Assembly (NCBI GenBank): GCA_002269645.1
Contig: NIVC01000433.1
Span: 65,641 to 129,640 of the forward strand
DNA length: 64,000 bases
DNA from: Macrostomum lignano
Lineage: Eukaryota
Reading direction: 5' to 3'
Position 1 is the first letter of the stretch. Each line of letters begins with the position of its first letter. The notes under the pieces were generated by a model. The model saw only the letters and a list, made by a program, of their open reading frames with translations, searched no databases and was not told the DNA's origin. Shown piece by piece: positions 38,462 through 51,908 of this stretch. Position numbers and translations under genes: made by a program.

Positions 38462-41400
38462 CTTTTTCTCTAACTTGCTTTGTAAGCACACGGCGGCAGT
38501 GGACCAATCAGCATAAATCTAGCTAGTGCACAAAAAATTACTGGCATATGAGCATTGCATTTCTATCCGGGCATTACCGCGGCTTCCGCTCAAAGCACAC
38601 GGACGCTGCTGAGCAGGTGAAGGAAGGCAGGAATCCTGTGTTAACTAGCGTGAGGCTGTCAGTAACGAGGCGCCTAGAAATAACAAGGAAGAATATTGAA
38701 ACAATTGAACTAGAACAGTAAACAAATACGATTGGCATTACTGCTTGCATTTCGGATCACACCAGCCTGGTGCAGTCCTACTGGATGTTCTGTTATAACT
38801 TGTTTAAAAAAATTCAAAATGGCTTTTTCACAGCATTTAGTAAAGCTCCACAAGGGCCAGAGCAGAGAAGCTTTGCGTCAGGGTGCCCAGAGCCTTCTTG
38901 TGAATGAATTATTATACTCGTATATAAACATTTCCAATGGCTAATTTGATAAAGTAAATTCAGAGTCAAATTAGGTAAGAAAAAACTAATAAAGTAGATT
39001 AGCCGCAAGTTTCAAGTAAAAGATAGTCAGCGATAATGATAATCTAAATTGTAAGAGAATTAATGTTATTAGTAAAAGTATACTAGGTTATATGCAGTTT
39101 AGAGAGGTAATGAAAAGTTGGATAATTAGGTGCAAATCAGTATATTAAAATCCAAAAAAGAAAAAGGTTGTGTCATTTAAATAACAAATACATTTTTTAA
39201 GAACTATGCAGAATTTTTGGTAAATTTGGCTAAAATATAGATTTCTGGCTAAAATCTAGGGAGATCTGGCTAAGATCTAGGGAGACCTGGCTAAAATCTA
39301 GGGAGATCTGGCTAAGATCTCTGGAGATCTGGCTAAGATCTAGGGAGATCTGGCTAAGATCTAGGGAGACCCGGCTAAGATCTAGGGAGACCTGGCTAAG
39401 ATCTAGGGAGATCTGGCTAAAATGTAGGGCGATCTGGCTAAGATCTAGGGAGACCTGGCTAAAATCTAGGGAGACCTGGCTAAAATCTAGGGAGACCTGG
39501 CTAAGATCTAGGGAGATCTGGCTAAAATCTAGGGAGATCTGGCTAAGATCTAGGGAGATCTGACTAAGATCTAGGGAGACCCGGCTAAAATCTAGGGAGA
39601 CCTGGCTAAGATCTAGGGAGATCTGGCTAAAATCTAGGGAGATCTGGCTAAGATCTCTGGAGATCTGGCTAAGATCTAGGGAGATCTGGCTAAAATCTAG
39701 GGAGATCTGGCTAAGATCTCTGGAGATCTGGCTAAGATCTCTGGAGATCTGGCTAAGATCTCTGGAGATCTGGCTAAGATCTAGGGAGATCTGGCTAAGA
39801 TCTAGGGAGATCTGGCTAAGATCTAGGGAGATCTGGCTAAGATCTAGGGAGATCTGGCTAAGATCTAGGGAGATCTGACTAAGATCTAGGGAGACCTGGC
39901 TAAGATCTAGGGAGAGCTGGCTAAAATCTAGGAAGTTCTGACTAAGATCTAGGGAGACCCGGCTAAAATCTAGGGAGACCTGGCTAAGATCTAGGGAGAT
40001 CTGGCTAAAATCTAGATAGATCTGGCTAAGATCTCTGGAGATCTGGCTAAGATCTCTGGAGATCTGGCTAAGATCTCTGGAGATCTGGCTAAGATCTAGG
40101 GAGACCCGGCTAAGATCTAGGGAGACCTGGCTAAGATCTAGGGAGATCTGGCTAAAATGTAGGGAGATCTGGCTAAGATCTAGGGAGACCTGGCTAAGAT
40201 CTAGGGAGACCTGGCTAAGATCTAGGGAGACCTGGCTAAGATCTCTGGAGATCTGGCTAAGATCTAGGGAGATCTGGCTAAGATCTAGGGAGATCTGGCT
40301 AAGATCTAGGGAGACCTGGCTAAGATCTAGGGAGAGCTGGCTAAAATGTAGGGCGATCTGGCTAAGATCTAGGGAGACCTGGCTAAGATCTAGGGAGATC
40401 TGGCTAAGATCTCTGGAGATCTGGCTAAGATCTCTGGAGATCTGGCTAAGATCTAGGGAGACCTGGCTAAGATCTAGGGAGATCTGGCTAAGATCTAGGG
40501 AGACCTGGCTAAGATCTAGGGAGACCTGGCTAAGATCTAGGGAGATCTGGCTAAGATCTCTGGAGATCTGGCTAAGATCTCTGGAGATCTGGCTAAGATC
40601 TAGGGAGACCTGGCTAAGATCTAGGGAGACCTGGCTAAGATATAGGGAGATCTGGCTAAAATCTAGGGAGATCTGGCTAAGATCTCTGGAGATCTGGCTA
40701 AGATCTCTGGAGATTTGGCTAAGATCTAGGGAGATCTGACTAAGATCTAGGGAGACCCGGCTAAAATCTAGGGAGACCTGGCTAAGATCTAGGGAGATCT
40801 GGCTAAAATCTAGGGAGATCTGGCTAAGATCTCTGGAGATCTGGCTAAGATCTCTGGAGATCTGGCTAAGATCTCTGGAGATCTGGCTAAGATCTAGGGA
40901 GACCTGGCTAAGATCTCTGGAGATCTGGCTAAGATCTAGGGAGATCTGGCTAAGATCTAGGGAGATCTGGCTAAGATCTAGGGAGATCTGGCTAAGATCT
41001 CTGGAGATCTGGCTAAGATCTCTCGAGATTTGGCTAAGATCTCTGGAGATCTGGCTAAGATCTCTGGAGATCTGGCTAAGATCTAGGGAGACCTGGCTAA
41101 GATCTAGGGAGACCTGGCTAAGATCTAGGGAGATCTGGCTAAGATCTCTGGAGATCTGGCTAAGATCTAGGGAGACCTGGCTAAGATCTAGGGAGACCTG
41201 GCTAAGATCTAGGGAGATCTGGCTAAGATCTAGGGAGACCTGGCTAAGATCTAGGGAGACCTGGCTAAGATCTAGGGAGATCTGGCTAAGCTATATGGAG
41301 ATAGGAATGGGACCTCCAAAAAAATTTATATTTTGTTTGTAAAAACAGCAGCAACTTGAAGAGAACAAGGTAGGCTGAAAACAGCCAGATTAACACACAA

Positions 41401-44002
41401 CAAAACACTGTCATGCACAATAAAAATCAAGCAAAAGCGAATTGATTTACCGATCTGGTCTTTCAACAGACAATGATAGCGCTGAGCATGGTGGGGCACA
41501 GGTGAGCACTTGATACAAATAGTAGAATGGAAAGCATTTCCTGAAATTGGGGGTCAATTTTCCAGATTTACATAATAAAAAATATATCAGTCTGTGCTTA
41601 AAATATTACTTTTCAAAATAAATAATAAACTGAAAAAATCATTGCCAAATTACTGCTAGCAAGCTGTTAGTAGTCAATAAATTGATATTGCATTGAAAAA
41701 TACCTTTAGACTCTAGATCAATAGAAGACTAGCTATTGTATTTGAAAGTTGAATAAAATAATGCTTTGGTAAATGATAGATACTTATAGAAGCAATGGTG
41801 GTAATTTTATATTAATATAACAACATTTCTTGCAATTAAACCTAGCTCAAGTATGCAAAATGAAATGCAAGCAGTATTTGCCATTTGAAACTCTTGAAAA
41901 GTACTTTAAATACTTTGAAGACTTACCTCCATAAGCAGAATGTGACAATGAACGTTAAGCCATTTGTACCAAGGAAAAATGTTGACCTAAGTAGCTCAGG
42001 AAACATCTTCTTTAGATCTTGACTGAGCTTGGATTTCTTCTGTTGATTTCTCCTCTTTAGAAACATTGCCAACTAAAATTGAAGACAAATTTTAAATTCA
42101 AGCATAATATATATATAATAAATTTCTTGCATATATATATACAGTTTTAGAACCTAGAGGCTAGTGTTAGTGAGTATGAATTTGAGCCAACAACTAGCCA
42201 ATTCATATTTAGTTGTCTATGGCCAAAACCAAGCCCTATGGAAAGTGTTTAATATAGCACCCAGCTATCTTTCTTAGTCCTTTTTCTTAGTTTTCTAAGC
42301 AGTTATTATGCCATTGTAGACTAGCAAAAAATCAATATTAAAATAAACTTGTTATATTTATAATTTTAAGAAAAACTATTGTAGTATTGTTAGGCTAGAT
42401 AAGATAAATCATTATTATTAAAAATGGGCCCATAGTAATAATCTCAAATCTATTATATGATATATTAGAAAAAGTGACCAACTACACAATATTTTCAAGT
42501 TTAAGCTAGAAAAACAAATTTACTTGTGATATATATGCTAGGCATTATCAGAAAGTGGTGCATGACTAAGACTGCCATACACCAAGACCACCATAGCTAT
42601 TGCTGGCTACTGGTATTGAGGGGGAGCTACCAATATTCTAGCATTGCTATTCCTCTCATAGGTTCTTTTTTTGCAGCCTTGTCCTACTAGCTCTCTTACC
42701 CATAGTGTGGATCATGCTAAGTGCATGCGAGAAACGACCCAAAGCTAATTCCCAAAAGCACGCCGACAACAAGCAAATGCACGCCGATGCATGCCAATAA
42801 ATTAAAATTCAAATTGAAGACAAAAAACATATTTTAAATTGCATTGTGTAAAACAAAGCAACAAACGATGTACAAAAGAAATGATATATCTTTAAAAATG
42901 TGTATTTTTCATACATTAATTTATTTAACAGTCTTATACACTGTTTATTTACAATAGTTTTTTTCAAAAGTTAAATACAATAATACATATTTTATGTCTG
43001 CTTACCATTGCATTGGCAGCTTTGCCACATCAGGTGCCAGGCACGCGGCACGCGGCGCATGCCAGGCATGCTAGTGTATTTATGTAGTGTGCATTATGCA
43101 CGCCAAATGCATGCCACTTACCGAATTGCACACCGGTGCACGCCACTTTTGAAAATGCACGCGGGAAAATTCTCGAGTGCACTACATGATCTACATTATG
43201 GTCTCTTAGTCTTACCTACTATCTCCTCTCTAGCACTATCTAATAACACATTAAGTCAAATTTCTCACTTAGCTCCCCCAAGTGTGACGGTATTGGTGTG
43301 TGGCAGTCTTGGTCCTACACCGTCAGAAAGGCTTTGCAACAATAAAGGACCTTTTTTGTATTGTGACAATAAAAGACTTTTCTGATGCAATAGTAAAGGA
43401 CTTTCTTTCATTATAACATTTTGGTCTTTTGCACACCAACAGCTATGCTATATATCAGCTCTGTGATGCAATTTTCTACCAAATTGTTTTGTACATATTT
43501 TATGCCAACCTTTTTTCATGTCTATTTATTATGTACTGGAATTTTCTGGCATATTTATAAGATTCATAAGTGGGGAAATCAAATGGATGGGCTGTTTGAT
43601 ATCATACAACTATTTCTCACTGACAAAAATACACTACTAGGCCTATGCTCTAGCTTAAATTTTAAAACAACAGTTGTTAACATATGATTCTGATTAAAAA
43701 ACATAGGCAACACCCAACAGTAAACTTGAAAAGAGAATTTGCAGATTTTTATTAGTTATAGTTTTATCGTCCTTAATTATGATGATTTAATCATTATTTT
43801 GAATGATTATTAGGAAAAATATACATTTTTTAGCTAAACTTACTAGATACAATGGAAAGTAGATCTTGAAAGCTGTTCTGTAGCTCGCAAAACCCACATC
43901 CTTCCATGCCTGAAGGCAGCTGGCAGACCAAGTGTGACCAACTTCGTAGCATGTGAAGCCACGAAGGACATATTTATCTGAACACTTACTCAGAACATTC
44001 AT
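33405..44002 (-). CDS. TMEM135: Transmembrane protein 135 homolog, complete 9-exon gene: 44002-43844, 42072-41927, 41540-41451 (3a) and/or 38673-38578 (3b), 37524-37491, 36510-36445, 36369-36323, 36241-36203, 34526-34352, 34073-33405; 474/476 aa
   Basis: All junctions are GT-AG and phase-compatible. Peptides match TMEM135 as I recall it: CYEVGHTWSASC, KIYFPLYL, PELLRSTFFLGTNG, ERxxRRSLLAVYMANI, METIY..LPYGEVLLF, RMFAFGFGLQ, GAFLGG, SSSVAMYCASK, PHSDILLYALST, LRPAYWQFLLRMTDG. Confidence 0.93.
34150..34320. repeat. Degenerate (ACAG)n microsatellite in TMEM135 intron 8
   Basis: Direct inspection. Confidence 0.85.
34618..35870. repeat. 33-bp pyrimidine-rich minisatellite (ctcccacatctgctctctccctcatctcct[cct/taa]), about 38 copies, TMEM135 intron 7
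   Basis: 11-aa periodicity (SHICSLPHLLL); decays into a CT-rich tract to ~36130. Confidence 0.97.
36590..37480. repeat. 32-bp minisatellite (gaagctatctatgacccgaactgtcaatgact), about 28 copies, TMEM135 intron 4
   Basis: Unit starts at 36621, 36653 and onward; fills almost the whole intron. Confidence 0.97.
38034..38340. mobile_element. Second, truncated copy of the hAT/Charlie-like element at 11641-12677, opposite orientation
   Basis: Starts CAGGGCTCGGCAAACTCCGGCCC. The reverse complement of 38034-38130 aligns with 12550-12677 (agcttggccggattgc..cgaagttt.aaag.acccgagggc) and is also followed by a CT/GA tract. Confidence 0.7.
38340..38462. repeat. (TCTA)n microsatellite
   Basis: Direct inspection. 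Confidence 0.95.
38578..38673 (-). CDS. TMEM135: TMEM135 exon 3b (96 nt, RLVTDSLTLVNTGFLPSFTCSAASVCFERKPR)
   Basis: Acceptor TTATTTCTAG|G, donor CG|GTAATG, phase 2-2; ends in ERKxR like TMEM135 exon 3. Confidence 0.75.
39240..41295. repeat. 21-bp minisatellite (gatctggctaagatctaggga), about 97 copies, between TMEM135 exons 3a and 3b
   Basis: Direct inspection; the unit consists of 11-bp and 10-bp GATCT subrepeats. Confidence 0.98.
41451..41540 (-). CDS. TMEM135: TMEM135 exon 3a (90 nt, KCFPFYYLYQVLTCAPPCSALSLSVERPDR)
   Basis: Acceptor CAATTTCAG|G, donor CG|GTAAAT, phase 2-2; ends in ERPxR. Confidence 0.75.
42700..43201. mobile_element. ~500-bp MITE in TMEM135 intron 1
   Basis: Imperfect ~32-bp TIRs: CCATAGTGTGGATCATGCTAAGTGCATGCGAGAA versus the reverse complement of the right end, CCATAATGTAGATCATGTAGTGCACTCGAGAA. 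Flanks tctcttac / tctcttag match at 7/8, fitting an 8-bp TSD. Internal GCACGCC/GCATGCC motifs. Confidence 0.7.
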
Positions 44003-45633
44003 TCTTCTTTAGGTATTTGTGTTTTTACTACTCTGCACGTACATTCTACCAACGCACTACACCATTTAGCATTTTACAGTGAGCTATAGCCGTGAATCGC
44101 GCGAACACATTTCTTAGGAATTCTTGCTGTTTAATTTGATGTTTAAAAAGTGTTTTACAAGTTAAACAAAAAACAAGTTATTACTAAATAATTACTAATC
44201 AATAATTAAAGAGCTTTTAAGTATTCCTTGAATTAAGCTTTTGTTCTTGTTAGATTTTGAATATTTACCTTAAATTTCTTTATTTACCCGTGCTTTAAAC
44301 TAATTAATACAAGTTAACGTCATTGTTGCACACTGCACACTGATTACTCCAGCAGTTTCCATGCCTACTGCATGTATTACAACTTGAGGACAGGGAAATT
44401 TATTTGCTGTAATAAACAAAAAATCGCTGGAACGCATTTAAAAAAAGTAGAGTACGGACCATGGGCACGCAGCGACGTAGGGCAGATAACATATTGCACG
44501 TATATTTTAAGATCCAAAACTTCAACACCCTAAGTTCTGCCGCTCATTGCCCAGTCCCCGCGGATCTCTTTGCTCAAATTAGTTGCTCTTAGTAGTTGCA
44601 CAATCCCTCCTGCCAAGTTCAACCAATTTTTTATCTTCACACACATGTTAATTGTGTACTGCAAGTATGTTAAATATGCTGGAAGTACGCGTATACGCTT
44701 GTATCTACCCTACCTCTAAATTTGCCCAAATGAGAGCTATTTTATTCAATAAATCCACTTTCCAAGAATGAATAAAAACCGGAAGACAATTTAACAGATT
44801 ATTTCGTAAAAGTCTAACAAACCGTTAAACAACTCAAAGAACTAAAAAGATTTATTTGGAAGTTTAAATAAAGTGATACATGTATAAATCAATTGTTCAA
44901 CTTAAAAGCCAACAAAATATGAAGTAAAGAAATATTGATTCTGTATTTGAAAATCAATATACATGTAGCTCTGGGAAAAAAATAGCAATTAACTTATAAC
45001 TACTTGGCAAATTGTACTGATGGAATCGGATCTGCATTCATTGAGAATTCACAAATTAAAATTATTCTCATAAAAAGAATTTATATAACACTGCAAAAAG
45101 GAATTAGATTTTTTGCAATATTTTTATACCAAGTTGGCTTTGCAGTAACAAAGATAAACAAATTATGTTTTTACGATACATTTTGTGTATGGGTACGGGC
45201 GAAGGTGACATATATGAAAGACAAAAAATATTCTGCAAACATAACAAACAACAATATATAATCATCTCGAATGCTGTCGCTATACATAAGACCTACACTT
45301 TGTAGTTTTGATTGAAAAATCTATTTTGAGTTACTATTTTAAGCATCTATTGAGCATCTATTAATCCGATCAGAATGATATAATGGGTCCACGAGAATTG
45401 CCCAGATGGCATATTGCATGGATTAATAGCTTAAAGATGTACCAGAGTAGCATTTGATATGCAGAAACGTTTTGATCGGGTAAATCTCTTTAATAAGACA
45501 CTCCAGATTCTTCTGGATCCTTCTCACTTTTTTAGCTAAATTCTGTCAGGTAAAAAATAAAACCTTAAACAGAAATTGTCAAGTCCAATCGCCTCTCCTA
45601 CTCACAGGCTAAACTGAATCAAACCGAGGGCAT

Positions 45634-48084
45634 TCAACGATCCGCTTCGTCTAGCCATCTTCTAAAGAACTCCTGCGGCCCCATGGCCAGCGAGGTGACA
45701 GTCGGGTCATAATCCGGCCAAAAGTCTGGCATAACCAAACTGCACCGGCCGTCGTTCAGGCAGTCGAATATTCTCCGATTCAACTGGCCCATATAGCCGT
45801 CCGTTAGGCGTTGAAGAAAGTGCCAATAGGCCGCTCTCAGGCTCATTGGTTCGAATAGGGCGAAATGAAACATCACGCCGGTGGACAGGGCGTACAGCAG
45901 GATGTCGCTGTGCGGCAGGCGCGGCAGCCAGCCGGCTCCCACAGCCGCTGAGCAGGCCAGCTCGGCAGCTTTGCTGGCGCAGTACATGGCCACGCTGCTG
46001 CTGCGGTAAGCCAGCATGCTGCCACCGGCTGCCAGGCCGCTCGCCGCCCACTGCCAAGGCCGCTGGTTGCCATGGCAACACCGGATCAGCAGGCAGCCGA
46101 CAGCCCTGTAGATTGCCGACAGGCCGCCAAGGAAGGCGCCGAACCGCAGGCTGTCCGGGTGGAGCAGGGCGCCGCGGATGGCGCCGACGAGGCTGCGGCG
46201 CCGGCGGGCGGATTGAAGCGCCGAGGCGAGCGCCGTGACGAGGCGCAGAGCCGTTTGGAGACCGAAGCCGAAGGCGAACATGCGGCCGAATTTCTGGGGG
46301 GGGGTCGAAATTTATAAAAAAATTGGTATTTGAAGACAAGCGCAGAAAAATGCTGCTTTTTTCTAGCATGCCTACTGACAAGTAGAATTTTGTAAGGTAA
46401 GAAAAATGGATAACAAAATTGAGACTAGAAAAAGTAGGTGAGACACATCAGGTGAGACACATCAGGTGAGACACATCAGGTGAGACACATCAGGGGAGAC
46501 ACATCAGGTAAGACACATCAGGTGAGACACATCAGGTGAGACACATCAGCTTAAGATACATCAGGTGAGACACATCAGCTTAAGATACATCAGGTGAGAC
46601 ACATCAGGTGAGACACATCAGGTGAGACACATCAGGTGAGACACATCAGCTTAAGATACATCAGGTGAGACACATCAGGTGAGACACATCAGGTGAGACA
46701 CATCAGATGAGACACATCAGGTGAGACACATCAGCTTAAGATACATCAGTTGAGACACATCAGGTGAGACACATCAGCTTAAGATACATCAGTTGAGACA
46801 CATCAGGTGAGACACATCAGGTGAGACACATCAGGTGAGACACATCAGGTGAGACACATCAGGTGAGACACATCAGGTGAGACACATCAGGTGAGACACA
46901 TCAGGTAAGACACATCAGGTGAGACACATCAGGTGAGACACATCAGATGAGACACATCAGGTGAGACACATCAGGTGAGACACATCAGGTGAGACACATC
47001 AGGTGAGACACATCAGGTTAAGATACATCAGGTGAGACACATCAGGTGAGACACATCAGGTGAGACACATCAGATGAGACACATCAGGTGAGACACATCA
47101 GCTTAAGATACATCAGTTGAGACACATCAGGTGAGACACATCAGCTTAAGATACATCAGGTGAGACACATCAGGTGAGACACATCAGGTGAGACACATCA
47201 GGTGAGACACATCAGCTTAAGATACATCAGGTGAGACACATCAGGTGAGACACATCAGGTGAGACACATCAGATGAGACACATCAGGTGAGACACATCAG
47301 CTTAAGATACATCAGTTGAGACACATCAGGTGAGACACATCAGGTGAGACACATCAGGTGAGACACATCAGGTGAGACACATCAGGTGAGACACATCAGG
47401 TGAGACACATCAGGTGAGACACATCAGATGAGCCACATCAGGTGAGACACATCAGGTGAGACACATCAGGTAAGACACATCAGGTGAGACACATCAGGTG
47501 AGACACATCAGATGAGACACATCAGGTGAGACACATCAGGTGAGACACATCAGGTGAGACACATCAGGTTAAGATACATCAGGTGAGACACATCAGGTGA
47601 GACACATCAGGTGAGACACATCAGGTGAGACACATCAGGTTAAGATACATCAGATGAGACACATCAGGTGAGACACATCAGATGAGACACATCAGGTTAA
47701 GATACATCAGGTGAGACACATCAGATGAGACACATCAGGTTAAGATACATCAGGTGAGACACATCAGGTCATATCAGCTTACATAAATAGCGCTGGCCAG
47801 ACAGCCGTCAGGGTGTCCATTCGGGCATCGTGGAAAGCCACCGCTGCCACCAGGCAGGGTGCGCAGAGCCGCCTGCGTCCACCTGGACAGCCAGCCGCTC
47901 GGCCGCTGCTCAACCGCAGTTTGAGATTTCTCTGCGTCCTCGCCAAGAAGAAATCTGTTTAGTATGAATTAGAACTTTTTTTGGAGGCTGGCTTAAAAAA
48001 GTTAACCTTAAGTAACCATGGCAACATCGGAGACAAAGCTCTCACCCGATGCCAGACTTCATGCTGCCTTGAATCCGGCCGGAT
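45634..48084 (-). CDS. TMEM135: Partial TMEM135 paralog: exons 7-9 only (48084-48046, 47954-47783, 46293-45634); exons 1-6 not found
   Basis: Same exon sizes and phases as the full copy (39, 172 vs 175, 660 vs 669 nt), intact GT-AG sites and open frames. Peptides SGRIQGSMKSGI, FLLGEDAEK..RCPNGHPDGCLASAIY and KFGRMFAFG..DFWPDYDP. Confidence 0.8.
46432..47770. repeat. 14-bp minisatellite (aggtgagacacatc, with 15-bp catcagcttaagata variants), about 95 copies, intron of the partial paralog
   Basis: Direct inspection. Confidence 0.98.
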
Positions 48085-49560
48085 CTGAGGCAAAGAGAGA
48101 CAAAAATTTGGTCTTAGAAGAAATTCTTTGCAGACAATGAATCAGACTTGGCCTCTGGGACGTGGGAGTTTAAAGGGTTGGGCTACATGTCAATACCCTG
48201 TCAGTAGGGCACTACAGCAGACGGAACTGGAAGGGATATGAGGGACAGGATCAGCTGGTCCTCTCGACCTCCCTGTGAATATAAATAAAAACTGATTGAA
48301 TGAGGTGATTGGCAAATTATAGAAAATTTCAGGTTTCTATTTAGAGGGAAACCTACCAAACATCCTTTATTTCCTCTGACGTCTGCTTTGTTAATTCGAA
48401 AAAATAATGATCATTCCGAAATAACGTTTTCCTAACAAATAGGATCACGCGGATTAACTAAATCCTCATTGATCAAACCTACTATCCCAACTTTCATCAG
48501 TCTCTGTTGTAATAAGCCTCATTTCCATTTCAACTCCCAAATGCTTAATTGCATTTCTAATCGCTTTCTCAAAGCAATTATCATTCTCGCAGAAATATGA
48601 CAGCTCTGAAGGCAACGCGAATCAAGTCGTCAGTTCAAGGATAAATATGATCAACAGACAGAACGCTTTTTCAGCGAACAGAGAAAAAGCTTGGGAAAAA
48701 AAGGAAGACGATTGCGCATGCATCTATAGACAGAGTTTCAGATTCCCTCCGGGATAAGCAGACTGACAGACTAAGATCTGGGCTAGTTAAAACAGCGAGA
48801 GGTCCAGAAAAAACATGACAGCAGATCAGAGAGGAAGAAATGCCAGGCACCCGGCCTCCTGACAAGGATGTTTCACAGAATTTTCATGAGACTCTAGTTG
48901 GGATCTGAAGACGCGATGAAGATCGGGTCGGTTAAGGGGGAGAGCTAGTACGAGCCAGGAACAGATTCTCCAGCGATCGTGTTCAACAACAATCGCCGCT
49001 GCATAGTTGGTGAATCTCTACATGAAGCTGTCTCTCTGTACAAGATGCAATTCAGCTAACTATATAGCTAGATATATATGGGGTCAATGGCTAACACAAG
49101 CCAGATGCTATGCAGGCCTTGATTTCTGTTTCAACAAAACCAAAATCTTGCAATAAGAGAGGGGGAGAGAGAGATGAAGCTCGATTGCCCCCCATTCACC
49201 TATTTTGGTGCGAGCCGCGGTAACCGGGAATTACAGGTGAGGCTGTGCCGCCGCCAGACTAAGCCCTGACAAGATGATTGACAGGTCCAGCTGCGAGGCA
49301 GAAGAGAGGGCCGGGGAGGGGGCACAAAGTGCCCCATCGTCTGCCTTATCACGGCCTCGAGCCACCAAGCAGCGATGCTGACTGATACAGCCTAATTTAA
49401 AGCTCGCCTGTTTCCCATTGGGTCTGCGGGAATTCCAACAGATTACTAATTAGCATTGGGCTTTTGTGCCCGCTGGTTCGAATAGCCGGGTTGCTGCATT
49501 CAAGACCGAATACCGATTCTATGCCACCTTTAATGCCATGCTACACAGGTAGATGGGCTA

Positions 49561-50139
<579 letters not shown>

Positions 50140-50622
50140 TGTTTCCATCCAAATTCAGATACCAATATCGCAGGGTACCAGGTGACGCCGCGCCATTCAC
50201 GCCAGACTGACATCTCGATGGATCTGTCATCCCCTAATCGGATGCCTCGCTGGCCGAGCATGGCGGTTAGTTCAGCTGGAATAATAGGTTTAGGCTTAGA
50301 AAGGAGGCAAGGGAGGCAGCATTTCCGATTTGAAATGCGGAAGCCAGAGTGAGATCTAGTTGCCAGGGCACGGGTGAAGGGGAGTTTTTAGAAATTAGGC
50401 AAGCGCGAGACTGAAGTTCAACAACGGCAAAATTTGGATGGAAACAGAGACAAAGACACTTCAGCTTCCCGATTCGCATCCCCTGCTGGGTCCGGCCCCT
50501 CCTCCATCTGTCGCTAATGGGAAATACAGATTTCCCCCTATCTGTTCATGTATAAGTCGCCCTCTGCCCAGCTGGCCAGCATTTCAATGCCATCTTTGTA
50601 GACTGATGCTGGTGCACCTCTT

Positions 50623-51178
<556 letters not shown>

Positions 51179-51195
51179 TTTAAGTTTCTGTCCGT

Positions 51196-51552
51196 CTATC
51201 TCTCTATCCTGTCCTTCTGTGTCCTGTGCTTGGTACCAGCGTGAATCTCAGTGTATTTTATTAGTCCCTGCATGCCTGTGCGCTGTCTGTTGTCAGTCTG
51301 CTTTAAAGCTGATTCAAAAGTTGAAGTGCCGATTAAACAAAAAGCCCGGCTTTCATTACGAAAAAAATCCGCCAGTGAGCCAATTGCAAAGGGTTTAACT
51401 ACTGGGGACAATAATCGAACGTGTCCATCAAGCTGGTAGACAACATAGCAACCGCTAAAAAATCCAGGCATCTCCCTCCCAGGCATGGCATCCATTGTTG
51501 CGCCGTGCACACAGTCCATACACATGGTACGCGGGAATTCAGTTGAAAATTC
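51196..51552 (-). CDS. Candidate coding exon of unknown family (EFSTEFPRTMCMDCVHG...GCYVVYQLDGHVRLLSP...SRAFCLIG...)
   Basis: Good acceptor TTTCTTTTAG|GAA at 51552, in frame with ORF 51196-51525; globular-looking sequence with CxxC; no convincing donor. Confidence 0.35.
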   Translation of the reverse strand, partial: EFSTEFPRTMCMDCVHGATMDAMPGREMPGFFSGCYVVYQLDGHVRLLSPVVKPFAIGSLADFFRNESRAFCLIGTSTFESALKQTDNRQRTGMQGLIKYTEIHAGTKHRTQKDRIER

Positions 51553-51722
51553 CTAAAAGAAACGATCGTTCGTGCCGACTTGCTGTTTGCCATATTTTGT
51601 TAATTTTTTTCTCTCTTCATTCAAGTATCGATGGCCATCGCTCCGGGCTCGCTCTGTTTGATCGGGCAGAGTCTGATGCAACAATGGAGGTTAGGCAAAC
51701 AATGCCGGCTAGAATGAATAGG

Positions 51723-51908
51723 GGGGCCGTAGCCTAGCGGTCTAGCGCAGGCTCTGGTGTGCCAGCGACCCAGGCTCGATTCCAAGTGGAGTCACATTAA
51801 TTTGGGGCTGAATTGGAATCTCGGCTTGGCTCTGCTCGTGCAATTAACGGCCTTGAGAGCCAACCCCCCAAAGCGCAGTGAAGTGTACATGCCTAACGAT
51901 AAATAAAG
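51723..51908 (+). mobile_element. tRNA-derived SINE or tRNA pseudogene-like element
   Basis: GGGGCCGTAGCCTAGCGGTCTAGCGC head (A box) and GGCTCGATTCC (variant B box); no clean acceptor or anticodon stem; A-rich end GATAAATAAAG. Confidence 0.55.

Noticed and set aside
38732-39008. ORFs between TMEM135 exons 3a and 3b as possible extra exons
   Set aside because: No frame resembles TMEM135 exons 1, 2 or 4, and stops interrupt them.
51723-51795. Functional tRNA gene
   Set aside because: A and B boxes are present but the acceptor and anticodon stems do not pair; treated as a SINE head.
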